From Acidobacteriota bacterium (GTDB taxonomy: Bacteria; Acidobacteriota; UBA890; WLXD01), in NCBI GenBank assembly GCA_965248695.1, contig CBDFKD010000002.1, positions 2,080,001-2,144,000 of the forward strand: a stretch of DNA of 64,000 nucleotides, in the 5' to 3' direction. Within the stretch, counting starts at the first letter, position 1; each line of letters begins with the position of its first letter. The notes beneath the pieces are model-generated. The model made no database searches and was not told where the DNA came from. It saw only the letters and a list, made by a program, of their open reading frames with translations. Shown here piece by piece: positions 45,169-54,276 of the stretch. Position numbers and translations under genes: made by a program.

Positions 45169-45414
45169 ATGCAATCGAACTGCACGCTCGCCGACCTGAT
45201 GCCCGGAGAGCGCGGCACCGTGCGCGACGTTTCGCATCAGCTTCCGGCTCTGGAGCGCCGACGGCTGCTCGAGCTCGGGTTCTACCCTGGCACGCCAGTA
45301 CTGGCGAAGATGGAAAGTCCTCTCGGCGACCCGGTGGCCTACGAGGTGCGCCAGATGACCGTGGCGCTGCGGCGTGAGCAGGCCCGCATGATCGAGGTGA
45401 ACCGTCTTGCCTGA
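45169..45414 (+). CDS. feoA: Ferrous iron transport protein A
   Basis: TLADL.PGE, RRRLLELGFYPGT, SPLGDPVAYEVR, ALRREQA. Confidence 0.93.
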   Translation: MQSNCTLADLMPGERGTVRDVSHQLPALERRRLLELGFYPGTPVLAKMESPLGDPVAYEVRQMTVALRREQARMIEVNRLA

Positions 45415-47689
45415 ACAGAAGGCGGCACGCGCAATCGACTTCAACGTCGAGCAGACCGATGCCGCCTGCGAGGCCTGCCGCCTGTGCCAGGGACCGCAGC
45501 TGTGGGGACTGCAGACCGCCGAGTATGACTACCTCGTAGCGCTTGCAGGGTGCCCGAACGTCGGCAAGAGCACGGTTTTCAACGCCCTTACGGGACTTCG
45601 CCAGCACACCGGCAACTGGCCGGGCAAGACCGTGGCGCGCGCCGAAGGCAGCTACCGGCACGCCGATGCCACGTTCAAGCTCGTCGACCTTCCCGGCACC
45701 TACACATTGATCACCCCGCAGGCCGAGGAACAGGTGGCGCACGACTCGATCGTGTACGGCGCCGCCGACGTGACGGTGGTTGTCATCGACGCGACCCAGC
45801 TGGAACGCAACCTCAGCTTCGTGCTGCAGGTGCTCGAGGTGACCGATCGCGCCGTTGTCTGCTTGAACCTGGTCGACGAAGCTGTCCGGCACGGGGTGAA
45901 GATCGATACCGACGCGCTATCAAAGCGTCTCGGCGTCCCGGTCGTCGCCACGGCGGCGCGTTTCGGGCGCGGCATCGCCAAGCTCATCGATGCGATCGAG
46001 AGCGTCGCGCGTGACGGCCCCACGCGTAGCCCATATCACTTCACCCGTGCCGATCGCGAGCTAGACCAGTTGCTGTCGAAGGCTACCGCTGATATCGAGG
46101 CCGAGTATCCCGGCATCCCGGCGGCGCGCTGGATCGCACTTCGCTTGCTCGACGGTGACGGCCCGATGACCGAGGCAGTGCGCCAGGGGGATCTCGATCA
46201 GTTGTTGCCCGAGGAATCCGACGACCGGACCGGCTCCCGTTCCGGTGTCATTCAGTTGCAGCCCCCAGGTACCGGCCGCGCCGAGCGCGGCAAGCGGCTG
46301 TTGGAGCGCATCGGCACGCATGCGCGCGGCTCAACGAGCTTCTACGGCCGTGTGGTCGGGTCGCTGCACGGACGGGCAAGCGAGATCGCCACCGCCGTGT
46401 CGACCACGACCCGTATTCCCTGGCGCCTGGGATCCACCATCGACCGTCTAGTGACCAGCCGCTGGCTCGGCTTCCCGATGATGCTGACCATGCTGACGAT
46501 CGTCTTCTGGCTGACGATCTCCGGGGCCAACGTGCCGTCGGCGATGATTGCCTCGCTACTGCTCGAGGTCGTTCATCCGGCGCTCAAGTCACTCGCCGCG
46601 TCAGTGGGTCTGCCGTGGTGGCTCGATGGGCTGCTGCTGGACGGAGTCTATCTGTCCACCGCGTGGGTAATCAGCGTCATGCTGCCGCCGATGGCCATCT
46701 TCTTTCCGTTGTTTACGCTGCTAGAAGACCTGGGATACCTGGCCCGGGTGGCGTTCAACCTCGACAACCTCTTCAAGCGCGTCGGCGCGCACGGCAAGCA
46801 GGCCCTGACACTGAGCATGGGGTTCGGCTGCAACGCCGCTGGCGTCATCGCGACTCGCATCATCGACAGCCCGCGCGAACGCCTCATCGCCATCATTACC
46901 AACAATTTCGCACTCTGTAACGGCCGTTGGCCGACGCAGATTCTCATCGCCTCGATCTTCATCGGGGCGCTGGCACCTCCGGCGCTGGCCGGCTTCGTGT
47001 CGGCCGCGGCCGTCGTCGGAGTCGCGGTTCTCGGCATCGTGCTGACGTTCGCGGTGTCGTTGCTGCTCTCGAGGACAGTCTTGCAAGGCGAGGCCTCGAC
47101 CTTCAGCCTCGAGCTGCCCCCTTATCGACGCCCACGCTTCCTGGCAACGCTGTACACGTCGCTCATCGACCGGACGATCTTCGTTCTCTGGCGCGCCATC
47201 GTCTTCGCGGTTCCCGCCGGGGCAGCAATCTGGCTGTCGGCCAACCTGACCATCGGCGGAACGTCGATCGCGCAGCACCTGATCAGCGGCCTCGATCCGG
47301 TAGGCCTGTTCTTCGGTCTCAATGGCGTGATCCTGCTCGCCTACGTTCTCGCCATCCCCGCCAACGAGGTCGTGATTCCGACGATCTTGATGCTCACCGT
47401 GCTCACCGGCGGCGCGTTCGGAGTAGGCGGGGGCACCGGCGTCATCTTCGAGCTCGACTCGACGCGGGCGGTCGGCGAAGTGTTGATCGACAGCGGTGGC
47501 TGGACGCTCCTGACGGCGATCAACCTGATGCTCTTCTCCTTGCTCCACAATCCTTGCTCGACGACGATCTACACCATCTACAAGGAGACCGGCAGCGCTC
47601 GCTGGACGACGATCGCCACCGTGCTGCCGCTGGTCATGGGGTTCGCGACAACCTTCGTCGTCGCACAGGTGTGGCGCCTGCTGACCTAG
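45407..47689 (+). CDS. feoB: Ferrous iron transport protein B
   Basis: AGCPNVGKSTVFNALTG, GNWPGKTV, DLPGTY, LEDLGYLARVAF, MGFGCN, ELPPYR, HNPCSTT. Confidence 0.95.
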   Translation: MPEQKAARAIDFNVEQTDAACEACRLCQGPQLWGLQTAEYDYLVALAGCPNVGKSTVFNALTGLRQHTGNWPGKTVARAEGSYRHADATFKLVDLPGTYTLITPQAEEQVAHDSIVYGAADVTVVVIDATQLERNLSFVLQVLEVTDRAVVCLNLVDEAVRHGVKIDTDALSKRLGVPVVATAARFGRGIAKLIDAIESVARDGPTRSPYHFTRADRELDQLLSKATADIEAEYPGIPAARWIALRLLDGDGPMTEAVRQGDLDQLLPEESDDRTGSRSGVIQLQPPGTGRAERGKRLLERIGTHARGSTSFYGRVVGSLHGRASEIATAVSTTTRIPWRLGSTIDRLVTSRWLGFPMMLTMLTIVFWLTISGANVPSAMIASLLLEVVHPALKSLAASVGLPWWLDGLLLDGVYLSTAWVISVMLPPMAIFFPLFTLLEDLGYLARVAFNLDNLFKRVGAHGKQALTLSMGFGCNAAGVIATRIIDSPRERLIAIITNNFALCNGRWPTQILIASIFIGALAPPALAGFVSAAAVVGVAVLGIVLTFAVSLLLSRTVLQGEASTFSLELPPYRRPRFLATLYTSLIDRTIFVLWRAIVFAVPAGAAIWLSANLTIGGTSIAQHLISGLDPVGLFFGLNGVILLAYVLAIPANEVVIPTILMLTVLTGGAFGVGGGTGVIFELDSTRAVGEVLIDSGGWTLLTAINLMLFSLLHNPCSTTIYTIYKETGSARWTTIATVLPLVMGFATTFVVAQVWRLLT

Positions 47690-47723
47690 ACGACACGCCA
47701 TCCGGCGGTGCAAGGTTGGACCT

Positions 47724-48320
47724 ATGCGCCTCCTCCTCCTCGGCTTGCTTGCCGTCGGCGTTGCCACCCCGGCGGCCGGCGACACGGTCTGGCTCCGGAA
47801 CGGCCGTGTTCTGCAGGTCGAAGACGCCCGTATCGACAAGGACACGGTTGTCTTTCGCACCCACGGAGTCGTGGTCACGATGCCGGCCGACTTCGTACGC
47901 CAGATTCGCCGCGACGACGGCCGCTCACCGCTAATGCCGCCCCGCGCTCCCGAGCGCCGCCGACCGACCCCCGAGTCTCTGCGGCCGCTGGCGCCGGACG
48001 CCCGCACACTTCGGACGCCCCGACCCGGGGCCGCGACGACCTCTCCGCAGCCCGCTAGCTTCTTCTTCGACCCCCGCGACCGTTCCTACTGGCAGGACAA
48101 GATGTCCTGGATCCACGACCAGATCTCCAGACTGGAGGCAAGGAGCGTCGGGACACGCAACCGTGGCAGGGTACGAACCGGTGGTCGCTACGGCGACTTG
48201 GCGAGTAGTCACCGGGAGCTGTTGGCCTGGCGAGCGCTGGAGACCGCTTTGCGGGCCGAGGCACGTAGCTTGGGCGTGCCGTCGGCGTGGCTGCGGGTTG
48301 GCAATCGACTCGGCGACTGA
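47724..48320 (+). CDS. Hypothetical secreted protein
   Basis: Signal peptide, DTVWLRNGRVL domain, Pro-rich linker, C-terminal EARSLGVPSAWLR. Confidence 0.65.
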   Translation: MRLLLLGLLAVGVATPAAGDTVWLRNGRVLQVEDARIDKDTVVFRTHGVVVTMPADFVRQIRRDDGRSPLMPPRAPERRRPTPESLRPLAPDARTLRTPRPGAATTSPQPASFFFDPRDRSYWQDKMSWIHDQISRLEARSVGTRNRGRVRTGGRYGDLASSHRELLAWRALETALRAEARSLGVPSAWLRVGNRLGD

Positions 48321-48341
48321 TCCGCCGCACAGGCATCCGAC

Positions 48342-49265
48342 ATGAACCGAACCACACGCCGGCGCTTTCTCAGTCGATCCGCGGCGCTAGGCGCGGCAGC
48401 GACGTTCCCTAGCCTGTCGGCTCGCGGCGGGCAGACCGATCCGTGGTTCAGCATCTCGCTGGCCGAGTGGTCCCAGCACCGCGCCCTGCAGGCGGGTCAG
48501 CTGGACCATCTCGATTTCATCACCGGCGCGCGGACGGCCTACGGCGTCGACGCCGTCGAGTACGTCAACGTGTTCTTCTTCGAGCGCGCCCGTGATGCGG
48601 CCTACCTTCGCGAGATGCAAGCGAGATGCGATGGCGAGGGCGTGCGTAGCTTGCTGGTCATGTGCGACAACGAGGGTCGGCTTGGTGATCCGGACGCGGC
48701 CACTCGCACCGCAGCGATCGAGAACCACCACAAGTGGGTCGAAGCGGCGGCATTTCTCGGTTGTCACAGCGTCCGGGTGAACGCCGCGTCTGAAGGCACC
48801 TGGGAGGAGCAGAGTCGTCTGGCGGCCGATGGGTTGCGACGCCTGGCGACCTTCGCTTCAGACCACGGCTTGAGCGTGCTAGTCGAGAATCACGGTGGTC
48901 TGTCGAGCAACGGCAAGTGGCTCGCCGAGACGATTCGTCGGGGCGACCATCCTGGACTCGGCGCGCTGCCCGACTTCGGCAACTTCCGCATCGCCGGCGA
49001 TGACTGGTACGACTTTTACCTCGGCGTCGAGGAGCTCATGCCCATGGCGCGCGCGGTAAGCGCCAAGTCGCACGATTTCGGTCCCGATGGCAACGAGGTG
49101 CAGCTCGACTACGCTCGACTGCTCCGCATCGTCGGCGCCGCCGGCTACCGCGGCTACATCGGCATCGAGTACGAGGGTGAGCGACTGTCGGAGCCCGACG
49201 GCATCCGTGCCACCAAGGCGCTGCTGGAGCGGGTCCGCGACGAGCTCGCGGGCCAGATGTCCTGA
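48342..49265 (+). CDS. Tat-exported sugar phosphate isomerase/epimerase (AP-endonuclease-2 TIM barrel)
   Basis: TRRRFL Tat motif, ISLAEWS, ENHGG, PDFGN, SAKS, IGIEYEG. Confidence 0.9.
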   Translation: MNRTTRRRFLSRSAALGAAATFPSLSARGGQTDPWFSISLAEWSQHRALQAGQLDHLDFITGARTAYGVDAVEYVNVFFFERARDAAYLREMQARCDGEGVRSLLVMCDNEGRLGDPDAATRTAAIENHHKWVEAAAFLGCHSVRVNAASEGTWEEQSRLAADGLRRLATFASDHGLSVLVENHGGLSSNGKWLAETIRRGDHPGLGALPDFGNFRIAGDDWYDFYLGVEELMPMARAVSAKSHDFGPDGNEVQLDYARLLRIVGAAGYRGYIGIEYEGERLSEPDGIRATKALLERVRDELAGQMS

Positions 49266-49328
49266 CATGTCGAGACGACAGCAGGCCGCACCGGAGCGCG
49301 TCGCGCGTTGGGACGTCTGTCGGCAACC

Positions 49329-49619
49329 ATGAGTCAGCTCGGACAGTTGGCGCTGTTGATCCTGCTGCTCCTGGGCGCTTTCCTGTGGGTCGGCTGGCTG
49401 ATGAAACGACGCGAGCAGCGTTGGGACAGCGACGACTGGCGCCGCGGCGGGACGTCGGCCCGCGTCGGCAATGCACTGCTCGAGGTGCAGTCGCTACTGG
49501 AGCCTGATCGACGTCACGGGCTGCAGGAACGACGTCGCTCGAAGCGCGACGACGAGGACTCGGGCGACCCCCCGATGGCACGCGACGAATCGGACGTCGA
49601 CCGGGGCACCGGCAGCTAG
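49329..49619 (+). CDS. Small membrane protein
   Basis: One TM helix, then VGNALLEVQSLLEP and acidic DDEDSGDPP. Confidence 0.6.
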   Translation: MSQLGQLALLILLLLGAFLWVGWLMKRREQRWDSDDWRRGGTSARVGNALLEVQSLLEPDRRHGLQERRRSKRDDEDSGDPPMARDESDVDRGTGS

Positions 49620-49635
49620 CGGTTCACGGCGCCGA

Positions 49636-50370
49636 TCAAGGCGCCGGTGTGAGGTCCTTGGCGCGGAGGTTGCGGAACCAGACCGAGCTGTCGTGGTCGT
49701 GGTTCTGCAGCCCGACATAGCCGGAGGCAGCAAAATCGGCCACCTTGCCGCGCGGCTCGGCATCCCAGTCGACCACCGTCTCGCCATTGATCTCGACGGT
49801 GATGTGGTCGCCGACGAACGTCACGCGCATTTGGTTCCACTCACCCGTAGGTCGCGACGCCAGACGCGACGCCGCCTCCGCGTCGTAGACCGCGCCAGTC
49901 TGGTGAACTCCCTCCTCGGAGGCATCGTGGATCTGTATCTCGAACGAGTGGTAGATGTAGTCGTCACTGCTCGGAGCGCCGGGAACGCGTACGAACACCC
50001 CTGAGTTCGATTCCAGCTTGCTGGTCTTGAACTCGAGCTCGAGCGCGAAATCGGAGAACTCGCGCGCGCTGTACCACATCAGCCCCATGCCTCCGTGGGA
50101 TTCGAGCACGCCGGTTTCGGGGTCGAGCACGAAGTACCCGGGTCCGTAGTGGTTCCAGCCGCCCTTGTGGAAGGTACCGTCAGGTCGCTGCTGGATCAGG
50201 CCTTCGTATCCTTCATCGCTCACCGGCATCGACCTCTCCAGCGCGGGCGGGCTCGGGCGCTCCTCGCCACCGGCCGCCAGGGAACGCATCGCGCCCACTC
50301 CGAGCGCGGCGGCGGCGCCGATGCTGAACACGATCGCGGGTAACGGCAGTCGTCTTACACCTTGCGTCAT
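49636..50370 (-). CDS. DUF1080 (3-keto-disaccharide hydrolase family) exported protein
   Basis: FSDFALELEFK, NSGVFVR, EIQIHD, TGAVYD, GEWN, GYVGLQNH, VWFRNL. Confidence 0.92.
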   Translation of the reverse strand: MTQGVRRLPLPAIVFSIGAAAALGVGAMRSLAAGGEERPSPPALERSMPVSDEGYEGLIQQRPDGTFHKGGWNHYGPGYFVLDPETGVLESHGGMGLMWYSAREFSDFALELEFKTSKLESNSGVFVRVPGAPSSDDYIYHSFEIQIHDASEEGVHQTGAVYDAEAASRLASRPTGEWNQMRVTFVGDHITVEINGETVVDWDAEPRGKVADFAASGYVGLQNHDHDSSVWFRNLRAKDLTPAP

Positions 50371-50425
50371 CAGGGGATCTCCGGCAGCTGCGCGTTCTGG
50401 GTGTCAAGTCGCCTGTTACGGGCCC

Positions 50426-51676
50426 CTAGTTGCTCTTGGGGTTCCACTCGCCGCGGGCAACGGCGGGAATGAACGTTGCGAGGTCGGGGGGCGGGAACTC
50501 GATCGCCGTACCGGTCTCGGCGCTCATGTACCCGGTCATCAGCAGTTCGGTAACGTTGAGGCCGTCGTCGAACGTCTCGCTCGGTCGGCGGCCCTCGAGA
50601 AAGCAGCGCGTCATGTGTCGGTTCTCGCCGACGTAGCCGTATTCGCTTTCTTCATCCGCCACCACCGGCATCTGGCCCACCTCTGCGTTCTGCTTCTCGA
50701 CCAGATCCTCGCCCTCGGCACCGACCACGTGGCGAGAGAAGAAGAGCTTCGGGCCCATGTCGAGTGAGTTCAGCGACATCGAGTACTCGGGGCCGAGCAG
50801 CTCCATGGTCAGCCGCAGACCGGCGCCTACGAAGCACCACGAGGTCGTCGTCTCGACGATGCGTGGATTGTCGTCCGGGTCGCGGTATTCGACCAGCGAA
50901 CGCGCGAAATCCTCCGACGGCCGCTGCGTGTAGTCGTTGCCACCATCGCTGGCGCGGGCGAGCTGCTCGGCATAGCGAGGTTGCTGCCACTTGAGACAGT
51001 TCGTATATGCAGTGACCCGCACCGGCGTCAACGCCTCGCGCGGCGCTTCCGGCGGTGTCAGCAGGAACCGCGCCGTCTCCACCGAGTGGCACATCATGTC
51101 GTTCATCACGCCGCCGCCTTGAAGCTCCCCGGACCAGAACCAGGGCATGTGCGGGCCGGAGTGCTCTTCGGCAGCGCGCGCCAGATACGGCGGCCCGGTC
51201 AGCGCCGCACCTCGCGCCCAGGCGATCTGCTTGCCGCGCACCACGCTCGGGGTGAACAGTTGGTTCTCGAGATAGCCGTCGAGCAGCTCGGCGTCGTGCG
51301 CCAGCTCGACCATGCGCTTCGCCTCGGCGACGTTTCGTCCAAGCGGCTTCTCGCAGGCGACGCCGACGAGCTCACCATGGCCCGATTTCAGCGCGTTGAC
51401 GATCTCTTCCATGACCTCGATACGAGTGAAATTCGGCGAACAGATCCATACCGCGTCGATGGCAGGATCGGCGACCATCTCGGTGATCGAGCCGAAGGCC
51501 TTCGCCTCGCCGACGCGCAGCTCGCGCGCCAGCGCCGCCGCCGCCGTGGCGCTCTCGCGGCTTCGACTGACGACCCCGAGGACATCGGCGTCGCGGACGC
51601 CGACAAAGGATCGAATGTGAAAGCAGCCGACGAAGCCGCCGCCGATGATGCCGATACCGAGTCTTCGCTGCGTCAT
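50426..51676 (-). CDS. Gfo/Idh/MocA-family oxidoreductase (cytoplasmic)
   Basis: GIIGGGFVG, CEKPL, GGGVMNDMMCH. Confidence 0.9.
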   Translation of the reverse strand: MTQRRLGIGIIGGGFVGCFHIRSFVGVRDADVLGVVSRSRESATAAAALARELRVGEAKAFGSITEMVADPAIDAVWICSPNFTRIEVMEEIVNALKSGHGELVGVACEKPLGRNVAEAKRMVELAHDAELLDGYLENQLFTPSVVRGKQIAWARGAALTGPPYLARAAEEHSGPHMPWFWSGELQGGGVMNDMMCHSVETARFLLTPPEAPREALTPVRVTAYTNCLKWQQPRYAEQLARASDGGNDYTQRPSEDFARSLVEYRDPDDNPRIVETTTSWCFVGAGLRLTMELLGPEYSMSLNSLDMGPKLFFSRHVVGAEGEDLVEKQNAEVGQMPVVADEESEYGYVGENRHMTRCFLEGRRPSETFDDGLNVTELLMTGYMSAETGTAIEFPPPDLATFIPAVARGEWNPKSN

Positions 51677-51697
51677 GGGGATCGTTTCATCATGTCG

Positions 51698-52909
51698 TCA
51701 GGCCACGGCCGGTCCGGCGGCGCGTTGATCCTTGAAGAACAGCAAATAGGCCACAGCGCATAGCACTGTGATGGCGCAGGGTACCAGGAACACAGTGGTC
51801 CAATCGGTTACGCCGTCCACGGTGAATCGGCTTTGCACATAGCCGGCAAAGATGCTGCCAACGAAGCTGCCAACGCCGAGTGTGACGATCGCAATCAGGC
51901 TCTGGGCTGAAGCGCGGATGTCCTTCGGCGCCACCGAGTCGACATAGATGAACGCCGCAACAAAGAAGAAGACGAAGCAGAATCCGTGCAGCGTAAGCGA
52001 CGCCACCACGAGCCACCACGGCGAGCCGATGGCGAAGACCACATAGCGTATTGGCCAAGCGATGACTCCGAGGGCCAGTGTCGAACGCATTCCGTATCGT
52101 TTCAGGAACCACGACAGCATCACCGCCAGCACGAAGATCTCGGCGATCTGGGCCACCGTCATCACCGCCGGGACACGCGCCGGCGAAATTCCGATGATCG
52201 ACGACTGGAGATACGGCGCAGTCAGCACATAGTAGAACTGCAACTCGGTGGCAACGACGAACGAGATCAACATGAAGATGGCGAAGTCGCGATCCCGAAG
52301 CATGCGCAGGGCCTCCAGAAACGCCCAGGGCTTGCGGTCGTCTCGTCGCGGCGGCGTGTGTGGCAAGAGAAAAGACTGCAATCCCATTAGCACGGAGAAA
52401 CCGCCGGCTAGCAGGAACATGTCGCCACCCATCGCCTGTCCATTGGCACCGGCGTTGGCGCGCCAGCCGGCCAGCGCCCAGCCGGCCGCGATCCAGCCGA
52501 TCGTTCCCCAGACGCGAATCCTTCCGAAACCTTCCTCGGAGTTGTCCAGGTTGCTCATGGCGATCGAGTTGGTGAGCGCCAACGTCGGCGCGTACAGCAG
52601 GCAGTACAGGAACATGACGAGCGCCAGCGAGCGGTAGTCCGTTAACGTCGAGGCATAGAGCAACACGCCCCCACCGGCCAGCTGAAGCGCCGCGACGGTG
52701 TGCTCGGAGGCGAAGTACCGGTCCGCGATCTGGCCACCGATGAACGGCGCGATGATGGTGGCGAGCGGCAGTAGCGAGTAGATGAACCCGACCTGCGTCC
52801 CTTCGAAGCTCAGGTCGCCAAGGAGATACGCCGACAGCACCGGGGCCCAGGCGCCCCAGATGGCGTACTGCAGGAACATCATCAGGCCGAGCTGGAACCT
52901 GCCGCTCAT
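51698..52909 (-). CDS. MFS transporter, nucleoside:H+ symporter (NupG-like)
   Basis: MMFLQYAIWGAW, GQIADRYF, PTLALTNS, IRVWGTIGW, LHGFCF. Confidence 0.9.
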   Translation of the reverse strand: MSGRFQLGLMMFLQYAIWGAWAPVLSAYLLGDLSFEGTQVGFIYSLLPLATIIAPFIGGQIADRYFASEHTVAALQLAGGGVLLYASTLTDYRSLALVMFLYCLLYAPTLALTNSIAMSNLDNSEEGFGRIRVWGTIGWIAAGWALAGWRANAGANGQAMGGDMFLLAGGFSVLMGLQSFLLPHTPPRRDDRKPWAFLEALRMLRDRDFAIFMLISFVVATELQFYYVLTAPYLQSSIIGISPARVPAVMTVAQIAEIFVLAVMLSWFLKRYGMRSTLALGVIAWPIRYVVFAIGSPWWLVVASLTLHGFCFVFFFVAAFIYVDSVAPKDIRASAQSLIAIVTLGVGSFVGSIFAGYVQSRFTVDGVTDWTTVFLVPCAITVLCAVAYLLFFKDQRAAGPAVA

Positions 52910-53130
52910 GTGCTCTCGACTAGCCCCGAGGCGTAGACAGTTCCGTCCGTTGACAACGCGCTCAGACACGCACACGCGCAGCGATCAGGCGCGACACACG
53001 GGCAAGCCAGGCGAACGCCGGAGCATAGCAGCCGGCACGGAACTGCTCAAAGCCGCTGGCCTCTGGCGTAGCCGCCTGGCCGTGATTAGGATCCGTCACT
53101 CCCGCTCAGAAAGCTCTAGGAGGACGGCTG

Positions 53131-54198
53131 ATGGTTCGGTCCTGCGGCTACCTTGGCTACGTCGTTTCAGTCCTCGTCGCTGTCAGCACACTGAACGGCG
53201 CGGCGCCGCGACAAGCTGCGGCGCAGGAGGAGAGTCGCGGCGATCTCGTTTTCGCGTCGTCAACGATCACCTATCTGATTGGTGGCGGCGGTGACACACG
53301 GCTGGACGCGCCGGAGGTCGGTGTCAACGGCGTCTATGACGCGGCGATGAAGTACGAACTCAAGCGCGCCACGCTGGTCGGAAGGATGCTGATAACTGAC
53401 TTGGCCTTCGGAACCAACTCCCCAGGCTCGATTGATGCCGAATGGCGTCGGTCGGTAAAGGGCAAGCCGGCCAGGAAACTGGCGCGAGCCAGCGAGCCGC
53501 TCGGTGGCAACGATCGCTTTGTACGGTTCTTCGTCGACAAGCCCGCCCGGAAGCTGAAGAACGCCGTGTTGTCGGCGAATTACAAGGCCCGCAACGGACG
53601 CTATGTTGCGCCGTCCATGGTGCAGGTTGCTTCTGCGGTAGATCTCCGCGCATCGCTGGGACGCATAGGCAACGGGCCGAACGACGCCGGTGTCAAACTT
53701 GGAGACTACGACCAAGAGGGACTGCGGCTGTTGTCGAAGTCGGCCAACACGCAGGCGGTGTCGGCGTCGGCCAGCTACGAGCTTCAACCGGATGATTCCG
53801 GCGAGATCTTCTTCGCCCCTCCGGGCCCGATAGAGGCCGGCTACGAGCTGCTAGATGCGGCGGCGGAATTGGTGGGGACAACCCAGAAAGTCTGTATCAG
53901 GTTCCGTTTGTCCAACTCCACGCCGGGTAAGCCCTTCTTGGTGTCCGAGGCCTTGTTTTCAACCGTCCCTTCCGGGGGCGCAGGGACTCGCGTGCCCTTC
54001 GTGAAGTTCAAGAACAAGAAAGTCGGGGAGGACCTCGAGAAAACAATCAAACTCGACCCGCAGAACTTTCTGAACACCGTGCGAGACGGCGAGTTCGACC
54101 TCCTCATCAAAGCCGCCAACGACCCGGGCACACAGCTCTTCGTCGAAATGGAAATCACCGTTCCGGGAAACACCGCCGAAGGTAGGTTTGCGCGCTGA
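53131..54198 (+). CDS. Hypothetical exported protein
   Basis: AGGAGG RBS, signal-like N-terminus, Lys-rich, less GC-biased codons than its neighbours; no recognised family. Confidence 0.65.
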   Translation: MVRSCGYLGYVVSVLVAVSTLNGAAPRQAAAQEESRGDLVFASSTITYLIGGGGDTRLDAPEVGVNGVYDAAMKYELKRATLVGRMLITDLAFGTNSPGSIDAEWRRSVKGKPARKLARASEPLGGNDRFVRFFVDKPARKLKNAVLSANYKARNGRYVAPSMVQVASAVDLRASLGRIGNGPNDAGVKLGDYDQEGLRLLSKSANTQAVSASASYELQPDDSGEIFFAPPGPIEAGYELLDAAAELVGTTQKVCIRFRLSNSTPGKPFLVSEALFSTVPSGGAGTRVPFVKFKNKKVGEDLEKTIKLDPQNFLNTVRDGEFDLLIKAANDPGTQLFVEMEITVPGNTAEGRFAR

Positions 54199-54276
54199 CG
54201 GAACTACGGGCTGGTCGGGCCTTGCGCCTACCCTGGTGCTTTCTGCGACCCCGAGCTCAGCGAAGCCTGGCGGCGG

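Noticed and set aside
53033-53047. Sigma-54 promoter CGGCACGGAACTGCT
   Set aside because: GG-to-GC spacing is 9 nt, not the required 10
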